A stretch of 64,000 bases of DNA, taken from IMG/VR virus record IMGVR_UViG_3300018080_008436, positions 186,001-250,000 of that record; one strand, written 5' to 3'. The position numbers were made by a program, and so were the translations under genes. Each line of letters begins with the position of its first letter. Position 1 is the first letter of the stretch. Positions 1-9,581 of this stretch are shown here, one piece after another. Under the pieces are notes generated by a model. It was given only the letters and a program-made list of their open reading frames with translations. It made no database searches and was not told the origin of the DNA.

Positions 1-1397
1 TCCTGGAATTTCTTCCAGTCTCTTCCAATGTCCAAAGCTTTTGAACAACGCCTCACAACCTCTTTCGATTGAAGGGAATTGTAGGTTCCAATCTTACAAC
101 AGTGATCCTGACCATACTTCCTGTAAATATAGTCATAGATCTCATTTCTTCGGTAATAATCAAAATCAACGTCAACATCAGGAGGACTAATACGTTCAGG
201 ATTTAAAAACCTCTCAAACAGCAAATCATATTTGAGTGGATCAATCTTTGTAATGCCAAGAATATAGAGAACCAAACTTCCAACAGCGCTACCTCGACCA
301 ATTCCAACTCTAATATCAGAATGCTTTGCAAAATTAATGATATCCCAGAGGATTAAGAAATACTTGACATAACCACAATTTGCAATAACGCCCATCTCAA
401 ACTTAATTCGTTCTCTGTATTCAGGCTTATTTATAAAACCATACGCCGTCATGCCTTCCTTGACCAAAGTCTTTAGATAGTGAAGCTCATCCCTATACCC
501 TTCAGGTACTTTGAATTCAGGGAGCAGATCAGGAACAAAAGTCAATAAATCTTCATCAGCAATCTTCTCAGAGATCTCTACGGTATTCTGAAGCATTTCT
601 GGAGCGCTGGAATACAACTTTAACATCTCATCAAATGATTTAAGATAAAAATCATCACTTCCAAAAGTAAAGCGGTCTGGATTATGGATATTGGCCTTGG
701 TTTGGACGCAAAGCAATGTGTCATGATGTTTGGCATCTTTTTGAGAAGCATAATGAACGTCATTAGTGCAAATGGGTTTGATGCCCATCTTTTTACTCAA
801 ACCATAAGTCGCCTTGGCTATTCTTTTTTCAGTTTCGCAGAAGCTCTGCTTCTTCGGGTTAGTGTAGGAGTGAGTCATCACCTCCAGGTAATAATCATCT
901 CCAAACAGTTCTTTGTAACGACCGACAACATCCTTAACCCTTGAAACATCTTTGTCCTGTATAGCTCTAGAGAGTTCTCCTCCTGGACAACCAGAACTAC
1001 ATATGATGCCCTCACCATACTGAGACAGCAATTCGAAATCAATCCTTGGCTTCCGATACTTCCCTCTGGTCTCAGCCATTGTGCTGAGATGCATGATATT
1101 TCTTAACCCCTGAAGGTCTTTCGCCAGTAACGTTAAATGGTATGTTGGAGATTTAGGGTCTCTCTCCTTCATCTTATCAGTTACATAAACCTCACAACCC
1201 ATTATGGGTTTAATCTCCCCCTTCCTACAAGCTCTCTGGAAATTCAACCATCCTCCACAAGTACCATGATCAGTAATTGCAAGTGATTTAAATCCCTTCA
1301 GTTTTGCCTCGGCAACCATCTCATCTGGAGATGAAAGGCCGTCGAGAATCGAATAATACGTATGATTGTGCAAATGCACAAATTTCTCATCAGTCAT
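1..1397 (-). CDS. dnaE: DNA polymerase III alpha subunit, N-terminal part (runs off the window edge)
   Basis: Manual translation from ATG 1397: MTDEKFVHLHNHTYYSILDG...LAITDHG...KPIMGCEVY (PHP domain)...GRGSAVGSLVLYILGIT...FERFLNPERISPPDVDVDF. Absent from the ORF track because it has no stop in the window. Confidence 0.95.
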   Translation of the reverse strand, partial: MTDEKFVHLHNHTYYSILDGLSSPDEMVAEAKLKGFKSLAITDHGTCGGWLNFQRACRKGEIKPIMGCEVYVTDKMKERDPKSPTYHLTLLAKDLQGLRNIMHLSTMAETRGKYRKPRIDFELLSQYGEGIICSSGCPGGELSRAIQDKDVSRVKDVVGRYKELFGDDYYLEVMTHSYTNPKKQSFCETEKRIAKATYGLSKKMGIKPICTNDVHYASQKDAKHHDTLLCVQTKANIHNPDRFTFGSDDFYLKSFDEMLKLYSSAPEMLQNTVEISEKIADEDLLTFVPDLLPEFKVPEGYRDELHYLKTLVKEGMTAYGFINKPEYRERIKFEMGVIANCGYVKYFLILWDIINFAKHSDIRVGIGRGSAVGSLVLYILGITKIDPLKYDLLFERFLNPERISPPDVDVDFDYYRRNEIYDYIYRKYGQDHCCKIGTYNSLQSKEVVRRCSKALDIGRDWKKFQ

Positions 1398-1878
1398 CTG
1401 TTCCTCTCATAAAAGCGTCGAAGTTGATTTCTTCGGCTTGCTGAGATCGATACATGTTCATATGTATAAAATCTAAAATCTTGTCAAGAAACTCTTCCCA
1501 GTTCCACCCATTCTCTTCTGGACGAACCCACTCAATAACTGATGCGGAAAAGTTAGCTAACATGCCATTTGCTGAAGTCAACTTGATCAACGTTCCATTC
1601 GTTGAAATTATAATCCTAAAATCCAACCCATTTTTCGAAAGCTCGATCTCGTTATATTCCCCTAAATTCACTACCTCAAAATGATCGATAACCTCTTGGT
1701 CTCTCAAAAGGGTTGCTATGAGAGTTAGTTTTGTGGTAGTATCTGTTAAGAGCCATGCATAATCAGCAGAGACTTTATAGGGGATATCTCCTACAATCTT
1801 AAGAAAGCTCTTGTGTTTTTTTTCAATGGTTTTTGACAACTTTGCTATCAGCTTGTTATCCATTCTTCCTTTCCTCAA
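1390..1878 (-). CDS. hypothetical protein
   Basis: 162-aa ORF overlapping tmk upstream and dnaE downstream. Confidence 0.7.
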   Translation of the reverse strand: MRKGRMDNKLIAKLSKTIEKKHKSFLKIVGDIPYKVSADYAWLLTDTTTKLTLIATLLRDQEVIDHFEVVNLGEYNEIELSKNGLDFRIIISTNGTLIKLTSANGMLANFSASVIEWVRPEENGWNWEEFLDKILDFIHMNMYRSQQAEEINFDAFMRGTDD

Positions 1879-2467
1879 TTAATTGGTAAGCAGTCTCCGC
1901 AACTTCATCTGCCGTTTTGTCCGTTGTATCAATTACAACGCACTCTGTATCTCTCAATTCAAGATAAGCAGGTAAGTCCTCCCGATAAATCTTCATGAGT
2001 CTGCGAACTGTCTCTTGTTTTTTGGTCCAAGTACACTTCCCATGATCTGGGTTTTTTGCCCGTTCCCCCTCAACTCGTTCAAGTAAAATATTGTCCTCTC
2101 CATCAAGAAGAATAACAAGATCTATAACCTCATCATCATGAATTGTATGCTCCATGAACTCAACACTTATACCTTGTAACATACATTGATAAACGTAAGT
2201 AGAAGTCCACCATCTGTCGGCAACAACAACTTCGTCTTTGTTGGCTACGCATTCAATATATTCATCAAGTCTTGCGGCACTAAATAAAAGGAATTGGACT
2301 TTTTTATGAATCCCTTCCCATGGTTCAACGCCTCGGCATGCAGGTCTCAGAAGTTTGGCCAAATCTGTTCCATTAGGACTACTAAGAGTCTCATATCCTT
2401 TGGCCTTCAGATTTTTGATCAGTGTGGTTTTCCCTGCTCCATTTGGTCCCTCAACTACTACAAACAT
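1856..2467 (-). CDS. tmk: thymidylate (dTMP) kinase
   Basis: VVVEGPNGAGKTT P-loop; LLFSAARLD; VVADRW motif. Confidence 0.9.
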   Translation of the reverse strand: MFVVVEGPNGAGKTTLIKNLKAKGYETLSSPNGTDLAKLLRPACRGVEPWEGIHKKVQFLLFSAARLDEYIECVANKDEVVVADRWWTSTYVYQCMLQGISVEFMEHTIHDDEVIDLVILLDGEDNILLERVEGERAKNPDHGKCTWTKKQETVRRLMKIYREDLPAYLELRDTECVVIDTTDKTADEVAETAYQLIEERKNG

Positions 2468-2476
2468 ACCATTCTC

Positions 2477-2662
2477 CTATTTTTTTGCGATAATTATTTG
2501 AAAATTACCTGATTTTATTACTGGGTTCATCCGATTCTTGACCACGATGCCATCAATCATAACTATGTTCGCCTTTACCATCTCCTGACGAACTTCAGCT
2601 TTTATTTCTCCCTCAGTAGTATAGTCACTTGGCTCAACGATCAAAACATCTGTAACATACAT
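2477..2662 (-). CDS. hypothetical protein
   Basis: 61-aa ORF packed between clpP and tmk. Confidence 0.6.
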   Translation of the reverse strand: MYVTDVLIVEPSDYTTEGEIKAEVRQEMVKANIVMIDGIVVKNRMNPVIKSGNFQIIIAKK

Positions 2663-2664
2663 CT

Positions 2665-3264
2665 TTATTTCCCAATAATTTCGTCAACAATCCCATACTC
2701 CAAGGCATCCTTGGCGCTCATGTAATTATCCCTTTCCATATCCTCTTCTATCGTCTTAACCTTCTGTCCCGTATGTCGGGCCATATGGCTGTTGAGGATC
2801 TTCTTCAAACGCTGAATCTCATTGGCATGGATCTGAATATCAGTCGCTTGCCCCCCATAACCTCCAGATGGTTGATGAATCATAATAGTGGCATTGGGCA
2901 AAGCATATCTTTTCCCTTTAGCTCCTGCGGACAACAGAAATGCACCCATTGATGCCGCTTGTCCTACAACAGTGGTTGCTATATCGCATTTTACCAGATT
3001 CATGGCATCGTATATTCCAAGACCAGCAGTAACGACTCCACCTGGAGAGTTAATGTAGATCTGTATATCATCTTTGTCACTTTCTGACTGAAGAAAAAGA
3101 AGTTGAGCGATTACCAAACTCGCCATCTCTTTATTCACTTCTCCACTCAACATGATAATACGATCTTTGAGAAGTCTGGAATAAATGTCATATGCTCTTT
3201 CACCATTTACAGACTTTTCAATAACAGTAGGAATAAGATAATTAGTTGGCTCCATATGACCCAC
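2665..3264 (-). CDS. clpP: ATP-dependent Clp protease proteolytic subunit
   Basis: [29 protein letters not shown] (catalytic Ser), MIHQPSGG (His), [18 protein letters not shown]. Confidence 0.97.
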   Translation of the reverse strand: MGHMEPTNYLIPTVIEKSVNGERAYDIYSRLLKDRIIMLSGEVNKEMASLVIAQLLFLQSESDKDDIQIYINSPGGVVTAGLGIYDAMNLVKCDIATTVVGQAASMGAFLLSAGAKGKRYALPNATIMIHQPSGGYGGQATDIQIHANEIQRLKKILNSHMARHTGQKVKTIEEDMERDNYMSAKDALEYGIVDEIIGK

Positions 3265-3348
3265 TCCTTTTTTTTCAAAATACTATTCAGCTATAGTTTA
3301 TGGTAGACAAGGGAATTCCAGAAAACAAGTAAAGACCCAAATTTTCTA

Positions 3349-3861
3349 CTACAAAACCATCTCCATCAATCTCTCAGGCGAGATATTGTATGGGATTTCG
3401 GTGAAAGAAACATTATGACCCTTAAGGAAATCTTTAATTTCTTGATCAATTTCCTTAGCCCTTTCATAAGTTTCATTCCGACCTTCTTGAACATAATCAT
3501 TCGGATCTTCAGATCTGTTGATGAAATACACGTCATTGTCATAACTATTAAAAACCTCGACCATCAATGATACAAAGTTCTCGTAGTATTTTTTTGGCAT
3601 GTATATCTCACCAAGGAGCAGACATGAATCGAAAACCACATAATCAACCTTACCCTTCAGTCTTCTCAACATGTTGTTCTGGACCCCTAAAATAGTAAGC
3701 TGATCAGATAAACAATAATATCTCCGATCCCAAGTCAAGTCTTTTGCATATTCATGCACTAACTCGACATTAACTCCAGATCTCTTCATTTCATAAAAAA
3801 GACCTGAACAAACCGTTGACTTACCTGCCCCCGCCCCTGCAATGAAATTAATCACCTTCAT
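3349..3861 (-). CDS. P-loop nucleotide kinase-like / NadR-type AAA protein
   Basis: VINFIAGAGAGKST Walker A; ELVHEYAKDL; VVFDS. Confidence 0.65.
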   Translation of the reverse strand: MKVINFIAGAGAGKSTVCSGLFYEMKRSGVNVELVHEYAKDLTWDRRYYCLSDQLTILGVQNNMLRRLKGKVDYVVFDSCLLLGEIYMPKKYYENFVSLMVEVFNSYDNDVYFINRSEDPNDYVQEGRNETYERAKEIDQEIKDFLKGHNVSFTEIPYNISPERLMEMVL

Positions 3862-4174
3862 TTACACAATACCTCTCTATTCCACCCTTGTAAAACGGAT
3901 CATCATCTTCAAAATCACTTTCTTCTGGAAATGAAGTAAAAGTCCCAGACCAATTATGAAAATCCAAATACCCACATTCAGTATGTTTTACTAACACATC
4001 AACTTCATCTTTTTCATACGTTTCTGTTGAAAGTTCATACGTTTCCGACAGATCCAGGTTTCGCAACAATTCGTCTAACTTAACCTTTAGCTCTTCTTCA
4101 ATATACATGTAGAAGTGCCAACTCTCACCTTCCCAATCGTTATATTCTGTAAAACGATAAATATTCATAATCAA
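3848..4174 (-). CDS. hypothetical protein
   Basis: 108-aa ORF coupled to both neighbours. Confidence 0.65.
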   Translation of the reverse strand: MIMNIYRFTEYNDWEGESWHFYMYIEEELKVKLDELLRNLDLSETYELSTETYEKDEVDVLVKHTECGYLDFHNWSGTFTSFPEESDFEDDDPFYKGGIERYCVNEGD

Positions 4175-4572
4175 TTACCCTCGTTAGCCTCAATATAATC
4201 TCTAATATACTCTATTGCTTCATCTAACGTAATCATAATTACGTCTGCCCTGTTTCTCAACCATGGAGAAGGATTTCCCGATGAATGAATGACAACTGTA
4301 TGTTTGTGCATCGCCCAGGCCATCTGCAAACCCATTGCCGTTCCCCATGAAGGTCTCTCAGCCAGAACCAAAACAATATCGCATGATGCGATACCAGCAG
4401 TGTCATAATCTACTAATGCTTGCTCTAGTTCAAACTCTCTTCCTCGACAATCAAAATCCATAGGATTGTGGAAAGTTGCGATATCTTCCAACTCTTGGAT
4501 TACTTTATCTCTCCAGTCGTTGCAGACACTGTCACTACATTTGTTGATTGCGCCTTCTAATGCAATTTTCAT
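4171..4572 (-). CDS. nucleoside 2-deoxyribosyltransferase-like protein
   Basis: D..I..CDIVLV...PSWGTAM pattern. The usual catalytic Glu (GT..E) is Gly here. Confidence 0.55.
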   Translation of the reverse strand: MKIALEGAINKCSDSVCNDWRDKVIQELEDIATFHNPMDFDCRGREFELEQALVDYDTAGIASCDIVLVLAERPSWGTAMGLQMAWAMHKHTVVIHSSGNPSPWLRNRADVIMITLDEAIEYIRDYIEANEGN

Positions 4573-4574
4573 TT

Positions 4575-5210
4575 CTATTCTCCCAATTCAAATACTAATG
4601 GTGGTTTTTTGTCTACATCGCTGATTGAGAACCCTGCCAACGATGCGTTGTAGAAAGTTGTGATCAAATCAAAATACTTTCCATATGAATAATGGACATG
4701 TCCAAATACATGTAACTTCGGTTTTACCCTCTCAACAGCTTTTAACAATGCTTTAGAGCCTATTGATTCTCCATACGCAGTCATGTCCAGAATACCCTTC
4801 GGAGGACCATGCGTAATCATTACGTCTACATTATCATAGATTCTATCGTAGACTTTTTCAACATCTTTTTCAGATTTTCCAAAAGCGCCGAAAAATGGAG
4901 GTGTCCAAGGTGAACCAAAAAACTTTACCCCCTCATATTCATAATGTTCATCGATTAGGATAACTGCATTGTGTAATCTTCTGAGATGCCCCATCTCAAT
5001 TGCTTTATCATGATTACCAGGAACGCAGATAATTTTCTTAAAGTCTTGTTTCTCAAACCACCTGTCAAGACTCTTAATTTGCTCTGCGGTTGTAGTTGGA
5101 GTACCACAAACAAGATCGCACATATCCCCTGAATGAATAAGGACATCACCCTTGGGCAGTGCGATCTTGTCATGATAACCATGAGTGTCGCTAATCGCAA
5201 CTATTCTCAC
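4575..5210 (-). CDS. calcineurin-like metallophosphoesterase
   Basis: ISDTHG, HSGD, VPGNHD, ITHGPP, VFGHVH motifs. Confidence 0.92.
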   Translation of the reverse strand: MRIVAISDTHGYHDKIALPKGDVLIHSGDMCDLVCGTPTTTAEQIKSLDRWFEKQDFKKIICVPGNHDKAIEMGHLRRLHNAVILIDEHYEYEGVKFFGSPWTPPFFGAFGKSEKDVEKVYDRIYDNVDVMITHGPPKGILDMTAYGESIGSKALLKAVERVKPKLHVFGHVHYSYGKYFDLITTFYNASLAGFSISDVDKKPPLVFELGE

Positions 5211-5639
5211 TTATACTCCCAGAAGAGCCTTGTACTTCTCGATCTCCATTGAAGTCTTGCCTTCGCTACTGATGAGCGAATCGAGTTTCTTCTGAGTTGC
5301 GTCAAGGCTTTTCTTGTCTTCGTTCCACTGGATGAAATCAATTCTTGCCTGGAAATCTTCTTCCCAGTCTTCCAGTGTATAACCATACCATTTGAAATCA
5401 ATACTGACTCCAAGTCTACGACAGGCTTCTTCGTACTTGTCCTTTCTGGTAAGAAGGTAAGCCAAAGCATTCACCAGCGTATCAATATTGGAAATAGTGT
5501 TAATATTGAAGAAGTTGTCATCGTCATACTTGAAAAGACCGTTGGTAACCAACGAGGATCTTTTCTTCTTTCCGAGCTTTGCTTTCTTCTCTTCAACGAC
5601 TTTGATCAGTTCTTCGATTTGTTTGTCATTAGCGTTCAT
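5211..5639 (-). CDS. hypothetical protein
   Basis: Likely start MNANDK at 5639 behind AAGGAG; the ORF-track start at 5726 overlaps the upstream gene. Confidence 0.65.
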   Translation of the reverse strand: MNANDKQIEELIKVVEEKKAKLGKKKRSSLVTNGLFKYDDDNFFNINTISNIDTLVNALAYLLTRKDKYEEACRRLGVSIDFKWYGYTLEDWEEDFQARIDFIQWNEDKKSLDATQKKLDSLISSEGKTSMEIEKYKALLGV

Positions 5640-5664
5640 TTTTTTACACTCCTTTTTTAGTGGT

Positions 5665-6786
5665 TTAGTATTTACGGCTGATGTTTTCTCTTTTCCCATT
5701 CTCCATCTCAACAAAGAGAACGCCAATCTCTTCTCTTTTTAGTGAAACTGGCTTGTCGTCATAACTCTCATAGCCTCCCCAGCGGGAAGTGGATTTTACT
5801 TGATATTTGGATCGGATGCTTGTTTCTACATACTCCCCATCTTTGATCTCAATCCGCCTGATTGGGTAAAACTTCTCTTCATCTGCGTTATAACGTCCAA
5901 GCTCATATTCCCCATTATTATTCCTGCACAAATCATAGTAGTAGTGATGGTACGTTCTACCTTTACTATATGGATCGTTGTACTTCTTTGGGGGTACTTT
6001 TCTAAAGACAAGTTTCTTGGGAACAGAAGTGTATTTACTATTTTTGAGCTTCTCATACTCTTCTGCATAGTTGTCAAGCGGAGTTTCGCTGGTTCTGGTT
6101 GCAAGCTTTGTGAATCCAGACTCAACGTGATAACGATATCTTCCTTTCTCTTTTGTCTCCAAAAGAAGGAAGATGTGTTTCTTTTTCCCACCGAAAGATC
6201 TTGTATGATATTGACTTCCCCAATACTTGAGTTCATACCAAGCATGACGACCAAGATACATCACCTCTTCATTCTGCTTGGTCATATAGGAACAACCTTC
6301 GACCATATCTTTCCTGGTGACTTTCTTGGTTTGGAGGGAAGTAAATTCAACGGATTTCTTGTACTCTTTGGATTCAATAGGGAGAAGAACGATTTGGCTA
6401 CCGCTCCATCCATAGACGAATTCGCCTTCTAACCCTTTACCCTTAATAGAAGAGCATTCCTGAAGGATGAACAGGAGATTGTCAACGGTAATCTCAATTT
6501 CGAAACCTCTTGGGTCAAACACTCGAACTTTCTCTCTACGAGCGTTCCAACTCCATGATCTTTGGGTTCCACCAACATCTCTGTTCAAAACAAAACCCTG
6601 GATAGGTTCGTTATCATATTCTTCAACGGGGATTTTGTCGTCTTTCCATCTGTTCCAGGATTTTGTTGAAGAGACATCTCCATTCTTCTTCACATAGACG
6701 ACAAAGGCGAGTTTTTTGGTGTAGGTGTCGTTTCGTTTGTTGAATCCGACTTTGAGTTTGGCAGGGACATTCAGTTTCTCTTGCAT
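5665..6786 (-). CDS. hypothetical phage protein
   Basis: 373-aa ORF with GAGG upstream; no recognised motif. Confidence 0.75.
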   Translation of the reverse strand: MQEKLNVPAKLKVGFNKRNDTYTKKLAFVVYVKKNGDVSSTKSWNRWKDDKIPVEEYDNEPIQGFVLNRDVGGTQRSWSWNARREKVRVFDPRGFEIEITVDNLLFILQECSSIKGKGLEGEFVYGWSGSQIVLLPIESKEYKKSVEFTSLQTKKVTRKDMVEGCSYMTKQNEEVMYLGRHAWYELKYWGSQYHTRSFGGKKKHIFLLLETKEKGRYRYHVESGFTKLATRTSETPLDNYAEEYEKLKNSKYTSVPKKLVFRKVPPKKYNDPYSKGRTYHHYYYDLCRNNNGEYELGRYNADEEKFYPIRRIEIKDGEYVETSIRSKYQVKSTSRWGGYESYDDKPVSLKREEIGVLFVEMENGKRENISRKY

Positions 6787-6972
6787 TTCAGTACCTCTTG
6801 TTTGTAGTTTTTAGAAATTCAGTAAAGTACTATTATACATATTTTTCAACGTATTTTCCTACTATAATTCAAAAAAAAAATAAGAAAGCAAGTCGAAAGA
6901 CTAAAAAAGGGAGATCTTTTTTATCATATCTCCCTCTCAGAGTCATAAGTTGTTGAAAATTAATGACTTTTG

Positions 6973-7352
6973 TGGAGATGGCGAGAGTCGAACTCGCGTC
7001 CAGTATATCGATCCAAAAAGGTCTCTACATGCATAGTTGAGTGATTGTTTTTCAGGCTCATCCCAACAAGCCCTTAATCGTCTTACCGATTGTAGCAGTC
7101 TTTCCTATTGTCAGCGATCTTTCTCGTCGTAGCGTCCTATTCCACCAACGTGATCTTTTCTTCTGTCTGCTCAGTTAAAAACAGGCAACCCTGAGTAAGA
7201 CATCCGCTTGATTAAGCGGCTACTGCCGAAGCAGTAGGGAATTCAATTACTTTTTTAGCAATTATATTTTTGACCGATGATTAACGAGGCCAACGATCAT
7301 CCTCGACATGCAACCTAGATTTCATGACACCTGTCGATACCATTTCATCCCC
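6973..7352 (-). ncRNA. ssrA: tmRNA
   Basis: 5' GGGGATGAAATGGTATCGAC; 3' GCGAG-TTCGACT-CTCGC-CATCTCC-A; G3.U70 acceptor pair; tag frame 7259-7212 after ATAATT encodes AKKVIEFPTASAVAA-stop; CCA not encoded. Confidence 0.96.
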
Positions 7353-7364
7353 AATTACAACCTT

Positions 7365-7392
7365 ATTATAGCATATCTTAAAACAAAGTCAA
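7365..7392 (-). promoter_or_regulatory. sigma70-type promoter of tmRNA
   Basis: TTGACT-16 nt-TATAAT ending 13 nt before the tmRNA 5' end. Confidence 0.8.
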
Positions 7393-7414
7393 GTCGTTCT
7401 GGTATAATATTTTC

Positions 7415-7600
7415 ATGAAAGCGAAAATTATATATCCTGTTTGCGAACCAGAGATTGAAGTTAAAGTCTCAATCACTAAACTAAATCCAGATGGTTCGAG
7501 TGAATCATCAGATACAATGTGGAAGGAAAGTGAGGAATACACCCTCAAAATATACAACAAGCCAATTATCGACGCAGTAGGCGAACAATGTTCAGAATAA
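7415..7600 (+). CDS. hypothetical protein
   Basis: 61-aa ORF, first of the plus-strand block. Confidence 0.55.
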   Translation: MKAKIIYPVCEPEIEVKVSITKLNPDGSSESSDTMWKESEEYTLKIYNKPIIDAVGEQCSE

Positions 7601-8001
7601 GAATCCCGTTTATGTCGAAGATATTGTCATTCTTCGCTCAAAAAATAGTGCAGTTATTTTTTGGTAATGCAAAAATTCAAAGAATTGAAAGACCACAACT
7701 CGAAACAAGACAGGCTCTAATAGCTCAAGCATTAGAAACGCCCGAAGGAAGGCAGGCATTAGCAAATTCTATACCTCTAAGAAGAAGTTTGGATTATCAA
7801 GGAGTCAACAGAAGACTTCTGATGGTTGAAGAACTCCCACCAGGAGCATATGTTCGATATGAACGTGACATTAGGCAAACTGCCAACATAATACAAAAAG
7901 CGACTCCAGCCGACATGATTGCATTTACACCTGAGAATTCGTTCCGTCCCTTCGTTTATAAAGAAACTGATGATGACATCTCGATCATTGGAATTAAGTA
8001 G
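7588..8001 (+). CDS. hypothetical protein resembling the N-terminal part of a large-phage major capsid protein
   Basis: LIAQALETPEGRQALA..PLRRSLDYQGVNRRLLMVEELPPGAYVRYERDI. The resemblance is recalled, not searched. Confidence 0.45.
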   Translation: MFRIRIPFMSKILSFFAQKIVQLFFGNAKIQRIERPQLETRQALIAQALETPEGRQALANSIPLRRSLDYQGVNRRLLMVEELPPGAYVRYERDIRQTANIIQKATPADMIAFTPENSFRPFVYKETDDDISIIGIK

Positions 8002-8061
8002 GATTCTTCCTTATAAATAAAGAAAAATGTGTTCTAATCAACTGTAACTTACAGGGAACAT

Positions 8062-8523
8062 ATGGAAAACTATTGGACAGACACCACTCACTCTGTAAAA
8101 ATGGCAACCCCCAGACTTATCCAAGGATACGGTTACCTTTATATTTTTGATTGTGAGGCAGATGGAAGGAACTTCGTTCAAATGTCTCAGATCTTTGTTC
8201 CAAAAGAATTGAGATATGATCCTATTGGGATCTACAAACACTTCAAAAATTTAGACAGTCAATTCCCCATTTCTACGATAACTTCACTGCATAGAGGTCA
8301 AGGTCGGGATGAAAAGTGGGCTATTGAAAAAGCTAAAGACTTTGCAAAAAAGCAAGAAGAGAACCGAATGAAGGCTGAGAAAAGAGTTGAAGATAAAGAG
8401 AAAGAAAGGGGCGAACCTGCAAGCGAAGAGTTCAAAGAAGAATTCTTTGAGATGATGAAGAAGAAACACCCACCAAAAGAAGCAAGTAGTTGGTATAATA
8501 AGTATAAAGAATCTAGGAAATAG
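8062..8523 (+). CDS. hypothetical protein
   Basis: 153-aa ORF with AGGGA upstream. Confidence 0.7.
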   Translation: MENYWTDTTHSVKMATPRLIQGYGYLYIFDCEADGRNFVQMSQIFVPKELRYDPIGIYKHFKNLDSQFPISTITSLHRGQGRDEKWAIEKAKDFAKKQEENRMKAEKRVEDKEKERGEPASEEFKEEFFEMMKKKHPPKEASSWYNKYKESRK

Positions 8524-8584
8524 GTTTCTTGCACTATTTTTTTGAACAAATATAGATACCAAAACAAATTTGGAGTTATAAAAG

Positions 8585-8947
8585 ATGGACATTAAAACAC
8601 AAGTTACAACTAATGAGCTTGGACAAACTGTTATTCAACTTTCTAAAGAAGACTGGGAAACATATGGTAAGCAGGCTGGTTATTGGCCAGAGATGACCAA
8701 ACAAGCTGAAACAGAAGAGACTGATGAGGAAGCAGTGGAAGAAGTCACTGAAGATGATCCTCAAGATACGGTTACTGAAGCTTCTGAAGAAGTAGAAGTT
8801 AAAGAAACTGCTGTTGATCCTAATGGTGGAGTAGGCTCTCCTATTCTTATAAAAGAAGATAGCGGCTTCAATGCAGAAAACTATCCAAATCTCATTGCAG
8901 AGCAAGAAAAAGATGGCTTAATTGGTCCTTTTGCACCTAGGAAATAA
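8585..8947 (+). CDS. acidic hypothetical protein
   Basis: 120 aa; carries LSKEDWETYGKQAGYW, similar to a motif in the next ORF. Confidence 0.7.
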   Translation: MDIKTQVTTNELGQTVIQLSKEDWETYGKQAGYWPEMTKQAETEETDEEAVEEVTEDDPQDTVTEASEEVEVKETAVDPNGGVGSPILIKEDSGFNAENYPNLIAEQEKDGLIGPFAPRK

Positions 8948-8952
8948 GGAGT

Positions 8953-9252
8953 TTGGAAATGAAATTAGTAAAGTCATTTAGTGGGAAAACAAAAATAAAA
9001 ATGTCCCAAAAAGAATGGGTAGAGATGGGCAAAAGGGCTGGTTGGCTAAAAGAATCCGCCTACCCAAGTTTTCCAGGATATGATAATTGGAAAACTCTTC
9101 CAGACGATTATTATGGTGAAGAGCCAGAAGAGAAACCAGATCCAAGATGTCCTAAGTGTGACAAAGAAATGTATGGAGATGGTATGGGAGAATGGAGATG
9201 TGACGACAAAGAATGCGATGGTATAGTACATATCGATCCGCATGGGGAATAA
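8953..9252 (+). CDS. hypothetical protein with C-terminal Zn-ribbon
   Basis: MSQKEWVEMGKRAGWL motif; CPKC...C....C; AAGGAG SD. Confidence 0.7.
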   Translation: MEMKLVKSFSGKTKIKMSQKEWVEMGKRAGWLKESAYPSFPGYDNWKTLPDDYYGEEPEEKPDPRCPKCDKEMYGDGMGEWRCDDKECDGIVHIDPHGE

Positions 9253-9307
9253 GTTTACTTTCCATTTCGACTGAACGGAGAAAATTGAGAATTTTCTTTA
9301 TTCCAAC

Positions 9308-9335
9308 TTGAAAAGCCCAAAAGACAGCTTATAAT
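9308..9335 (+). promoter_or_regulatory. promoter of the Gln/Asn tRNA operon
   Basis: TTGAAA-AGCCCAAAAGACAGCT-TATAAT, near-identical to the promoters at 38088-38115 and 53401-53428. Confidence 0.85.
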
Positions 9336-9375
9336 GGTAGCAACGATCAATTAAGATCAATAAGGAATTAATAAA

Positions 9376-9450
9376 ATGTCAGTACAAGTTCAGCAGAATA
9401 ATCAAAATAACCAAGCCCTTGAGGGTTTTGGGAGGTTGTTCTCTGCTTGA
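9376..9450 (+). CDS. putative attenuator leader peptide MSVQVQQNNQNNQALEGFGRLFSA
   Basis: TAAGGA SD; 9 of codons 4-13 are Gln/Asn; followed by a terminator and then Gln/Asn tRNAs. Confidence 0.88.
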   Translation: MSVQVQQNNQNNQALEGFGRLFSA

Positions 9451-9467
9451 ACATAATCCGATTTACC

Positions 9468-9500
9468 AAAGCCCTCAGGTTTCGACCTGGGGGCTTTTTT
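9468..9500 (+). terminator. attenuator terminator A
   Basis: AAAGCCCTCAGG-TTTCGA-CCTGGGGGCTTTTTT. Confidence 0.9.
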
Positions 9501-9502
9501 AT

Positions 9503-9579
9503 TGTCCGATAGCATAACTGGCTAATGCAACTGGTTCTGATCCAGTAGATTCTAGGTTCAAATCCTAGTCGGACAACCA
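9503..9579 (+). tRNA. tRNA-Gln(CTG)
   Basis: TGTCCGA/TCGGACA acceptor; ACTGG-TTCTGAT-CCAGT; encoded CCA. Confidence 0.93.
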
Positions 9580-9581
9580 AT

